Positions 11,428-21,110 of a stretch of 26,679 bases of DNA are shown here, one piece after another; position 1 is the first letter of the stretch, and each line of letters opens with the position of its first letter. The DNA lies in contig NW_021834721.1 of the NCBI RefSeq assembly GCF_006345805.1, positions 1-26,679 on the forward strand, given 5' to 3'. A model generated the notes under the pieces. That model did not search any database, was not told where the DNA came from, and saw only the letters and a program-made list of their open reading frames with translations. The DNA is from Octopus sinensis (Eukaryota). A program made the position numbers and the translations under genes.

Positions 11428-11728
11428 TTATTATATCGACTAAAAAAAACCATGAAAGAAGACAAGATTCAAAACGAATTTTGGCTGCTATATATAAATT
11501 CCTACAACATTTAAGTTGATATTTTTATATGTGGTTCCTGTGTTAATTTAAACCAAGCTACCGAATTCTGCAGTTTCTTTCGCCTTATTCATTAGAATCA
11601 ACGGTAAACTAAATCGCTAAAATCCTTTGAAGCAAATAATTCGCAACGTGACAGAGGTTTATGTTATTCTTACCGATGTTAATTTCAGAAAATATAGAAG
11701 AAAAACAAAGACGAACATATATATGTAC

Positions 11729-11860
11729 CTCTGACTGTATTTCTATCTGTGATTTTGAAAGCATGGGGGTAAAAGATTCTTCTAAATTCGTTAAAGAACG
11801 ATCCAAATCTGCTAATTTTTCTTTCAGATTCTGCGGAATGTCTGTCATGTTGGTCGCCAT
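11729..11860 (-). CDS. C1D: C1D (Rrp47/Lrp1 homologue, nuclear exosome cofactor), coding exon 1
   Basis: ATG at 11860; MATNMTDIPQNLKEKLADLDRSLTNLEESFTPMLSKSQIEIQSE (44 codons), then donor GAG|gtacat, phase 0. Joins in frame to exon 2. CpG-containing unique DNA lies just upstream. Confidence 0.88.
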
Positions 11861-12010
11861 AGCTGTGAAGGAACGGTGATCAATGGCAGATGTCCCGTTC
11901 GCAACGAACGACGCAAAGGGACGTTATTCCGCATTTTCAGCGCTTTTATTTTTTTCTCCTTTTAAGAATAATCGTGATTATTTTAGACTATTCAAAAGTG
12001 GAATTAAATG
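11861..12010 (-). promoter_or_regulatory. Probable 5'UTR/core promoter of C1D
   Basis: Unique, CpG-enriched sequence immediately upstream of the ATG in otherwise CpG-poor non-repeat DNA. The TSS cannot be placed. Confidence 0.45.
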
Positions 12011-12135
12011 ATTCGCCGAAGAAAAAAGAGGACGTTGTCTAATGGTACAATCAAAAGGGTTATTGTCGAAAATGTTACAGGCGTTTCTTCTTCCGCACAA
12101 CAATTTATTCCACTTTTTAAATATTTATACTTATA

Positions 12136-12528
12136 CTAGTAGTATCGCCCGGCGTTGCTCGAATTTGTAAGGGAAATAACTATATAAGCATTTTTAGAGA
12201 TTTATAGCAAAAAAATAGCAAAAAAAAGCATTAAAAATGGGAAAAAAAATGATGGTAAATTTTTTTTTTTAATCATTGACTCATCGTAGACATTTTTAGA
12301 GAGTTACTTCCCTTATATAATAACGAAAAAATGCATTAAAATGGAAAAAAATGATGGTAATTTTTTTTTTAAATCGTAGACTCATGCTAATACCCAGAAG
12401 GGCTCGATATGAATCACGACTATAAGATACCCGGTTTTGGTTAAACTGCACCGCAAAATGTGGGAGTAGTTAGGAATCTAAATCGTAGGAGACAGACAAT
12501 CACACAACTTCACTTTTATATATAAAGA
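12136..12528 (-). mobile_element. Non-autonomous Helitron
   Basis: 5' TC(TTTATATATAAAA), 3' CTAG preceded by the GC hairpin CGAGCAACGCCGGGCG, inserted between A and T with no TSD. The empty site is visible in the duplicate at 13086-13100. Confidence 0.82.
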
Positions 12529-12677
12529 TAAACGACACTAGCCAGAAATATTTTTATCACATCCTTATTTATATTTTCTTTCTACTTTAGACACTTGGCT
12601 ACCAAAATGGAGCTTAAAATTTAATGTTATATACACACATACTTGTGAAATGTGTGAAGGAGACAAGAAACAGAAAT

Positions 12678-13084
12678 GGGATCTTTTCGGTTTGAACGGC
12701 AGTTTTTTTAATAATTTCCACGTAACTAAACACTTTTAAACTTCGTATACTGGTAGAATGTGTTTATAAAACATCTTTTTCCCTTGGCTTTATTGAGAAA
12801 ATTCTGTAGTTTGTAAGATATTTGTTGTTGTTTTTTTTTTTCAATTTCTGCAATTTCAACCAATCAATGACGTCTATTGAGGTGAAAACATTCTGTGTCA
12901 TATGAAAATGTCCCTCGTTTAAGAAACAGATTGGGTTTATTTACATTTCTAAAGAAAAAAAGATACCCTTCCCCCTACCCCTAAAACAGATTGAAATGCA
13001 AAAGGTCGATACTAGGGTCATAATTATGGGTGACAATTTCATGACACCGCTAGAAAAAACTGCCATTCAAACCGAAAAGATCCC
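12678..13084. mobile_element. MITE with 31-bp TIRs (superfamily not assigned)
   Basis: GGGATCTTTTCGGTTTGAA(C/T)GGCAGTTTTTT at both ends, 1 mismatch. Confidence 0.85.
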
Positions 13085-13085
13085 T

Positions 13086-13240
13086 TACTTATATACCGAC
13101 ACTAGCCAGGAATATTTTTATCACATCCTTATTTATATTTTCTTTTTACTTTAGACTCTTGGCTACCAAAATGGAGCTTAAAATTAATGCTATATACACA
13201 CATACTTGTGAAATATGTGAAGGTGAAAAGAAATAGAAAT
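13086..13240. repeat. About 155-bp direct duplication (partner: 12128-12135 plus 12529-12677)
   Basis: CGACACTAGCCAG.AATATTTTTATCAC...AGAAAT present on both sides of the MITE with scattered substitutions. Confidence 0.88.
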
Positions 13241-13677
13241 GTTTCTAAAATATTTATTCCTGAACAAAAAGCTACAAATTTTATGAACCTCATTCAAAAG
13301 TTTTAATTTATTCCCTAACGATTTCTGACATCAGCTTAAGGACCTAAATGCTGTTATTAAGCAGACCTTTGATTAAAGACGTTCCGGCCATGACCAATAC
13401 GTATTTGTGTCTGTCTAAGACTACATTAAAGGCGTTTTAAAGATTGTAGGATTGTGATTTGAAAGAATTTGGCTGTTATTTTTAACAAAGCAATCATATA
13501 AGATTTTCTGGTTGGATTGCTCGGAAGGGCGTAAATGAGTTGAGAAAGTTGATTGAATTTAATTGACCCTCAGTATATGACTGGTACTTATTTCCTCTTT
13601 ATAAACAAAGGATAAAAGGCTGAGTTATCTCTTTTGGGGTTCAAACTTGAAAATAAAGAAAGTATGAATCTACATAT

Positions 13678-14735
13678 TCATCATCATAATCATCATCGTT
13701 TAACGTCCGCTTTCCATGCTAGCATGGGTTGGACGATTTGACTGAGGGCTGGCGAACCAGATGGCTGCACCAGGCTCCAATGTTGATCTGGCAGAGTTTC
13801 TACAGTTGGATGCTCTTCCTAACGCCAACCACTCTGAGAGTGTAGTCGGTGCCTTTTACGTGCCACCGGCATGGGGGCCAGTCAGGCAGTATTGGCAATG
13901 ACCTCGTTTGAATCTTTTTACACATGCCAGTAAGGCAATGCTGGTAACGATCACGCTCGAATGGTGCTCTGGCAACAATCACACTCGGATGGTGCTCTTA
14001 ACACCCTACTAGCACAGATGCCACTCATTGAATTTGATTTTGATTTGATTTCACTTGCCTCAACAGGTCTTCGCAAGCAGAGTTTGGTGTCCAAAGAAGG
14101 AAAAGGTACACATAAGTGGGCTGGTTACGCCCCTGATGTTATGGTCTCATTTGGCTTGTCGGGTCTTCTCAAGCACAGCATATTTCCAAAAGTCTCGGTC
14201 ACTAGTCATTTCCTTGGTGAGGAGTCGTGCTTCACCACTTCATCCCAAGTCTTCCTGGGTCTACCTCTTCCACAGGTTCCCTCAACCGCCAGGGTGTGGC
14301 ACTTTTTCACACAGCTATCCTCATCCATTCTCACCACATGTCCATACCAGTGCAGTCATCTCTCTTGCACACTACATCGATGCTTCTTAGGTTCAACTTT
14401 TCTGTCAAGGTACTTACACTCTGTCGAGTATGCACAGACATTACACATCCATTGGATCATACTGGCTTCATTCCTTGCAAGCTTACTCATGCCCTCAGCA
14501 GTCACAGCCCATGTTTCACTGCCATGTAGCATGGCTGTTCGTACACATGCGTCATACAGTCTACCTTTTACTCTGAGTGAGAGGCCCTTTGTCACCAGTA
14601 GAGGTAAGAGCTCTCTGAACTTTGCCCAAGCTATTCTTATTCTACAACTACACTTTCTGCACACCCTGCCCCGCTACTGACTTGGTTACCTAGGTAACAG
14701 AAGCTATCAACTACTTCTAGTTTTTCTCCCTGGAA
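13678..14735 (-). mobile_element. 5'-truncated RTE-clade LINE: decayed ORF C-terminus, long 3'UTR and (GAT)n tail
   Basis: Frameshifted peptides GEKLEVVDSFCYLG, RIRIAWAKFRELLPLL..LSLRVKGRLYDACVRTAMLHGSETW and GRGRPRKTW are typical of RTE. Stop at 14149-14147. The 3'UTR equals the repeat seen at 2526, 4180, 5440, 7260, 8000 and 19890. Confidence 0.88.
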
Positions 14736-15324
14736 TGTGGTACTGGGGGGTCGAAGTAATCGACTTAATTCCTTTGTCTGTCCCCTCTGTGTTTAGCCCC
14801 CTGAAATAAGAAATAGATACCATGGCTTTCTCAAAGCACCCTGTTGTCTGAAAAACAGAAGGGACACATTACGCAATGCAGGTCTCTCTGTCTTACACCT
14901 TAAGCTATTGTCTCCTATATGTTTCTGTGTGTGTTACTGTCTCCTTGCCTTGATTTTGTGATAGTTGTAAATGAGTGTCACTATCATCCAAGTGGTGTAA
15001 TTTCCAGTCTTCTGTGAAAACATGTCAGGCCTTGGAAAAATATTTCCTTACTTGAAAACTAGTGAGGGTTGGCAACAGGAAGGCTATCTAGCTGTGGAAT
15101 GTCTGCCTCAACAAATTCTATGACCCATGCCAGCATGGAAAACTGGAAGCTAAATCAACGATGTTGATTTCATATATAAAATCCACTATGTGTGTGTCTC
15201 CTCTATGCATGTCCAAACTGCTGGATCAATCTGTACCAAATTTGGCATAAAGGTTTTTCATTACTTGGGGAAGGTTCTAGGGGGTGGGGTCAAATTTTGG
15301 CCCTTGCCCATATAGGGGGCTGTA

Positions 15325-15368
<44 letters not shown>

Positions 15369-15739
15369 AAATAAGATTTTGAAATGCAAAAATGTTTTTC
15401 TCTGATGTCATTGCAAGTGAGAGGTGTTGAAGTAAAATAAATATATAAAAAAAGAAAAAAAAAACTAAGGTAAGTAATCAGTCCCATGGTGGTTTTGATC
15501 AAACAGGTAGGTTGATGTATACTAGGTATGATTGATTATACTTTCTTTGCCTAATTTGCTGATGAGAATGCACATTCTAAAATGCAGTGTGACAGTCTGG
15601 TCATTTACTCCACACTAACCATTCTACTTCTGTATGTCTATTGTTGTTGTTGTTGTTGTGCAGCTCTTGGTCACCTATGGTCATGCAGTCACATACTGTA
15701 GGGAGGGAGTTGACTAAACTATGAATCATAACCCACATC

Positions 15740-15937
15740 TCTTACTCTTTTGCTTGTTTCAGTCATTTGACTGTGGCCGTGCTGGAGCACCGCCTTTAGT
15801 CGAGCAAATCGACCCCAGGACTTATTCTTTGTAAGCCTAATACTTATTCTATCGGTCTCTTTTGCCGAACCGCTAAGTTACAGTGACGTAAACACACCAG
15901 CATCGGTTGTCAAGCGATGTTGGGAGGACAAATGCAG

Positions 15938-15981
<44 letters not shown>

Positions 15982-16162
15982 ATATATAATATTATTAGTG
16001 AATTAAAATTCAATTATCCGCACCAACGCACGGTTGCAACACCATATGGTTGTACCTCCAACCGTGCTGTCTTCTGCTGTGATTTTTGCTACCAAGGTAT
16101 CGGTTAAACTTTTGATTAATCTGCAACAAGATTATTCATCTTTCTATTTCACAAAATATATC

Positions 16163-16194
<32 letters not shown>

Positions 16195-16270
16195 TACAAA
16201 TATATATATATACAACGGTCTTCTTTCAGTTTCCATCTACCAAATCCACTCACAAGGCTTCGGTGGTCAT
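15740..16270 (-). mobile_element. SINE family A interrupted within its TA microsatellite by about 170 bp of other sequence
   Basis: Tail and body 15740-15985, unrelated block about 15990-16160, body resumes 16160-16270. Confidence 0.7.
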
Positions 16271-16608
16271 GAAAATAAGAAAGAAACAGAGAGATATTAT
16301 AAAAGTATATTCTATCCACATGCCTAATGACATCATTGTTAACGTCCACCTTCCATGCTGGCATGGGTTGGACGGTTTGGCAGGAGCTGGCCAAGAAGAA
16401 GCGTTACACCAACCACCCTGTAGAGTGGGCTGAGTGCCTTTTATGTTGCACCAGCACAGGTGAGGTCGGTTTTGGCATGGTTTTTATAGCTCTGGAAGCC
16501 ATTCCAAAAGCCAACCACTTTACAGTGGACTGGATGCTTTTAACGTGGCACCAAAAAAAAAAAGCATCTATATCAATATTATCTTCTCTGATGGTACTGA
16601 GTCCCATA

Positions 16609-16842
16609 GAAGGCGGCGAGCTGGCAGAAACACTAGCACACCGGGCGAAATGCATAGCCGTATTTCGTCTGCCGTTATGTTCTGAGTTCAAATTCTGCCA
16701 AGGTCGACTTTGCCTTTCATCCTTTCGGGGTTGATAAATTAAGTACCAGTTACGCACTGGAGTCGATGTAATCGACTTAATTTGTTTGTCTGTCCTTGTT
16801 TGTCCACTCTGTGTTTGGCCCCTTGTGGGTAGTAAAGAAATA
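16609..16842 (+). mobile_element. SINE family B monomer
   Basis: 16-bp TSD GGTACTGAGTCCCATA (16593-16608 and 16843-16858). Confidence 0.9.
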
Positions 16843-17366
16843 GGTACTGAGTCCCATAATTAACTAGGACAACCGAAGGCCTTACCCTCATCTAACAGCA
16901 ACTCAACTTAAGCCATCATCTGGGCTGCCACTGCCACCTGACCCTTCAGTGCCTTTAGCAGAGTCCAATCAGGGCTCACTTAGTAGCATTATAGGCGTGC
17001 AAGCAAATCAATACCCTGGAGCCTATAGTATTTATTAACAGCAAGCCACAGCATATCTAGATCAGAATTAGTCACCTAGACCCCTTGCACCCACCCCAGC
17101 AAGTGTGACCTCCAATAAGATGGTACTGAATCCAATCTGTTGTAAATATGTTGGACCGAATCTCCAGCCTAGGGTTAACCTGAGATACTGGCTGTTTTTT
17201 AGTTGCAGTATCCTATTAGTCATGATTTTTCTGTCACCCCTTCAAAGACCTGAGAAACATCATGGGCATTGCCTTTCCTCTTCTGATTAACCCTTTTGCC
17301 TGTCCCGTGTATCGCATGTGACAAAGCGGATATTTCTCTGGCATCCATGCATCATATATGATAAGC

Positions 17367-17752
17367 TCTTTTACTTGTTTCAGTCATGTGACTGTGGCCA
17401 TGCTGGAGCACCGCCTTTAGTCAAGCAAATCGACCCCAGGACTTTGTAAGCCTAGCACTTATTCTACCAGTCTCTTTTGCCGAACCACTAAGTTATGGGG
17501 ATGTAAACACACCAGCATCGGTTGTCAAGTAATGTTAAGGGGACAAACACACAAACACACACATATATATATATATACATATATATACGATGGGCTTCTT
17601 TCAGTTTCCATCTACCAAATCCACTCACAAGGCTTTGGTCAGCCCAAGGCTATGGTAGAAGACACTTGCCGAAGGTGCCACGCAGTGGAACTGAACCCAG
17701 AACTATGTGGTTCGTAAGCAAGCTACTTACCACACAGCCACTCCTACGCCTA
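17367..17752 (-). mobile_element. SINE family A, full length
   Basis: Matches the other family A copies end to end. Confidence 0.87.
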
Positions 17753-17936
17753 TGAAAGGTAAAGTTAACCTTGACGGAATTTGAACCCAGAATGTCAAGG
17801 CAGGAGAAATGTCACTAAGCGCTTCCCTTGGCGTGCTAACAAGTCTGCCAGCTCGCCGTCTTCATTACCATTTTTTTTTAACCACCAGAATAACTTGGAA
17901 CTTATGAGAGGAAAGCTTTATATTACTCAGGACGTA

Positions 17937-17993
17937 TGAAACGAGGGCTAATTAAAAGTCTGAAACGAGGGCTAATTAAAAGTCTGAAACGAG
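17937..17993. repeat. Perfect 24-bp tandem duplication (2.4 copies)
   Basis: TGAAACGAGGGCTAATTAAAAGTC x2 plus TGAAACGAG. Confidence 0.9.
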
Positions 17994-18183
17994 ACTGGGC
18001 ACTTAGACAACCTTTTGAAGATGCTTTGGACAGGCAAACGGTTAAGCCATAATTGTTTTTTAAAATGTCTTTTATCTTCTACTTGTTTCAGTCATCAGAC
18101 TGCGGCCATGCGGGGCACCACCTTGAATATTTAGATGGGAAACATAAAAAACAGAAAACTCCCTGAAGGCAGCCAGTTTTGAT

Positions 18184-18189
18184 TTTATT
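18184..18189 (-). terminator. Candidate poly(A) signal AATAAA of SRP14
   Basis: AATAAA about 270 nt after the stop, followed about 25 nt later by GU/U-rich gttttctgttttttatgttt. Confidence 0.55.
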
Positions 18190-18456
18190 TCTATAAACAA
18201 GAGCTTCTCTCTATTTTCTTTATCAACTATACATTGTTATTTAAAATAATAACTCAGTCAGACCATGTCTACATATAACCATGGTCTTACTACATGGAGT
18301 CTGCGCATGTAGGAAGAAGTGGTGTGAGAAATTTGGAAACACAAGCTGCTCCAGAAGTTCCCAAAAAAATGTCATTTATATCCAAAAAGAAAATGAAAAA
18401 TAATAAATGCAAATAAATAAATACAATTGTGGAAGAAAATAGAATTGTGTGAAAGT

Positions 18457-18546
18457 TTATTGAGTAGCTTTAGATTTCCCTTTAGCTGATTTTTTGTCTC
18501 TTTTCTTCAAACCATCCATGTTGCCTTTCAAAACATTGATATATGC
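18457..18546 (-). CDS. SRP14: SRP14 exon 5 (terminal)
   Basis: Acceptor ttctttccag|GCA; AYINVLKGNMDGLKKRDKKSAKGKSKATQ*, with the conserved NMDGLKKRDKK motif; TAA at 18459-18457. Confidence 0.96.
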   Translation of the reverse strand, partial: AYINVLKGNMDGLKKRDKKSAKGKSKATQ

Positions 18547-18653
18547 CTGGAAAGAAAGAAGCAAGAAAATATTACAGTTCTATATTTAAGAGATGAGGAA
18601 TTACGTACATTATTTACATTCGACAGATATTTGTCCTCATCTTGTTTGTTGTT

Positions 18654-18699
18654 AACACAACGTTTCGGCTGGTATACCCTCCAGCCTTCTTCAGGTGTC
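18654..18699 (-). ncRNA. Minimal type I hammerhead ribozyme motif (intact core)
   Basis: Minus strand reads GACAC-CUGAAGA-A-GGCUGG(AGGGUAUA)CCAGCC-GAAA-CG-UU/GUGUU: stem I GACAC/GUGUU, 6-bp stem II, palindromic ACGU helix III. Predicted cleavage after 18659. Confidence 0.75.
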
Positions 18700-18995
18700 T
18701 TGGGGAAATTTCGAGCCTGGGTTCTCATTCCTAAGGTATTTTTCGATGTTATCATTATTATTATTATTATTATTCAGGTCACTGCCTGGAATCGAACTCG
18801 GAATCTTGAGGTTAGTAGACCGCGCTCTTAACCACTACACCATATGCCTGTGAGCATATGGCATAGTGGTTAAGAGTGCGGGCCACTAACCCCAAGATTC
18901 TGAGTTCGATTCCAAGCAGTGACCTGAACAAAAACAACAGTAATAACATCGAAAAATACCTTAGGAATGAGAACCCAGGTTTGAAATTTCCCCAA

Positions 18996-19041
18996 GACAC
19001 CTGGTGAAGGCTGGAGGGTATATCAGCCGAAACGTTGTGTT
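18996..19041 (+). ncRNA. Second hammerhead motif copy with mutated core (CUGGUGA)
   Basis: GACAC-CTGGTGA-A-GGCTGG(AGGGTATA)TCAGCC-GAAACGTT-GTGTT. The invariant A of CUGA is G, so this copy is probably inactive. Confidence 0.6.
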
Positions 19042-19889
19042 AACAACAAACAAGATGAGGACAAATATCCGTCGAATTTAAATAATGTATGAAAATATTA
19101 ATTTTGGAACAAACGCAGGGGAGAAAATTAACAGTGAATATATTAGCAAACAAATACTGATGTGTATGATATCAGAAACAGATTATGTAATGGATATTAA
19201 TCTGGTGGGGGAAAAAAAATGACAGACTACAGAGAGCCAATTTTAACCCTTTTGATAAACCCCACTTGGGATTACTCCTAAAAGCTTCAATTTTAACCCT
19301 TTCAATACCAACCCACTAGAGACTGCTCCTAAAAACTTTATCTTGAAGTGAGCATCGTTTCTACAGCTGGATGTCTTTTCTAATGCCAACAACTTTACAG
19401 AGGTTGGGTGCTTTTACGTAGCACTGGCACAAGACACTTGCAGGACAATCCTCCTAACAGGGGCAGCAGCCTTAACACTTCTGCTGTTGAGTACAGGCCT
19501 TCTTGAGTACTGTCAAACATCGCAGTCTTCTGTTATTTTGTCTGAAAGGGTCAGCATCCTGAGGTCAACCTTCAGTATTTCATGTGATTTCTTCAGGGGA
19601 AATCTCATCTTTAATCATGTGTTCATGTTATGAGATGTTGTAAACCCTTATAAAATATGTAACACATCAACATCGCTAAGACCCCCAGTACTTGTGTTTT
19701 TTTAAGCCTGGTACTTATTTTATCGGTCACTTTTGCTGAACTACTAAGTTACAGAGACATAAGCAGAGCAACAACAGTTGTCAAGCAGTGGTGAGGGACA
19801 CGGGGACACACACACATAATAATTTGGAATGTTTTATCTCCTGGATGTATGACTTGATATGGACCGTCGTAGGGTGACTGGAGGGGATC

Positions 19890-20312
19890 AAATTCAATGA
19901 CTGGCATCCGTGCTAGTGGAACGCTAAGAGCACCATCCGAGCATGATCATTTCCAGAGCAGCTAACTGGCTTCCGTGCCGATGGCATGTAAAAACCACCA
20001 TTCGAGCGTGATCGTTACCAGCGTCGCCTTACTTGTACTGGTGGCATGTGAAAAATACATTCAAGCAAGGTCGTTGCCAGTGCCGATGGACTGGCTCTTG
20101 TGCAGGTGGCACATAAAAAAAACACCATTTGAGCGTGACCATTGCCAGTACCGCCTGACTGGAGTGTGGTTGGCGTTAGGAAGGGCATCCAGCTTTAGAA
20201 ACTCTGCCAGATTAGATTGGAGCTTGGTGCAGCCATCTGGTTCGCCAGTCCTCAGTCAAATCGTCCAACCCATGCTAGCATGGAAAGCAGACGTTAAACG
20301 ATGATGATGATG
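19890..20312 (+). mobile_element. RTE 3'UTR fragment
   Basis: About four internal units, 3' block and (GAT)n. Other decayed copies near 3460-3655, 15060-15165, 16330-16555, 23320-23595. Confidence 0.83.
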
Positions 20313-20687
20313 ACATGCATATATACATATATATATGTACATACCTACATATAAATGCATATATGGGTACAGGACGTCAAAGAAACATGAACAAAAGGAG
20401 AAATGAGAACATAAAAAACAAAAACATGGAAAACAAACTTTTTTTACGAACAACGAAAGAAACAAATAGCGAAACGAGACGGGCAACATAAAGAACATCC
20501 CTTCATCAGTTGTCCCCTATTTTATCGACTCCGCGTTTCAAATATATACAAAGTCTTCTTTCAGTTTGCATCTACAAAATCCACTCACAAGGTTTTGGTC
20601 AGCCTAAGGCTATATTAGCAGATACTTGTCCAAGGTGCCACACAATGGGACTGAACCCAGAACCTTGTGGTTGGGAAGCAAACTTCT

Positions 20688-21110
20688 AATTTCTTTACTG
20701 CCCACAAGGGGCTACACACAGAGGGGTCAAACAAGGACAAAGGACAGACAAACGGATTAAGTCGATTACATTGACCCCAGTGTGTAACTGGTACTTATTT
20801 AATCGACCCCGAAAGGATGAAAGGCAAAATCGACCTCGGTGGAATTTGAACTCAAACGTAGCAGCAGACGAAATACCTATTTCTTTATTACCCACAAGGG
20901 GCTAAACACAGAGGGGACAAACAAGGACAGACATAGGTATTAAGTCGATTACATCGACCCCAGTGCGTAACTGGTACTTAATTTATCGACCCCAAAAGGA
21001 TGAAAGGCAAAGTCGACCTCGGTGGAATTTGAACTCAGAACGTAAAGACAGTCGAAATACTGCTAAGCATTTCGCCCGGCGTGCTAACGACTCTACCAGC
21101 TTGCCGCCTT
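20688..21110 (-). mobile_element. Dimeric tRNA-derived SINE, family B (Deu/Nin-like core)
   Basis: Head AAGGCGGCAAGCTGGTAGA..GAGTTCAAATTCC and core GCCTTTCATCCTTT.GGGGTCGATAAA.TAAGTACCAG, with the body repeated twice. Confidence 0.85.

Larger units (their letters stand above)
18575..19090 (-). mobile_element. Palindromic non-autonomous retro-element: two head-to-head tRNA-derived units, each ending in a Penelope-type hammerhead motif
   Basis: Inverted arms 18606-18847 and 18854-19089 around a 6-nt loop; 31-nt unpaired extension 18575-18605; 10-bp TSD GAAAATATTA (18565-18574 and 19091-19100); A box TGGCATAGTGG 18859-18869 and B box GAGTTCGATTCC 18902-18913, mirrored in the other arm. Confidence 0.85.

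Noticed and set aside
13961-14680. Longest ORF in the track (239 aa, plus strand)
   Set aside because: It is the antisense reading of the decayed RTE ORF and has no independent protein signature.
19243-19342. TTAACCCTTT... duplicated about 49-bp unit, similar to 4590-4613 reversed (piggyBac-like terminus)
   Set aside because: Only isolated decayed ends; no complete element can be delimited.
20465-20540. CTGATGA and GAAACGCG on the minus strand suggesting another hammerhead
   Set aside because: The boxes are not joined by the required stems and no UH cleavage site follows; at most a fragment of a Penelope-related repeat.
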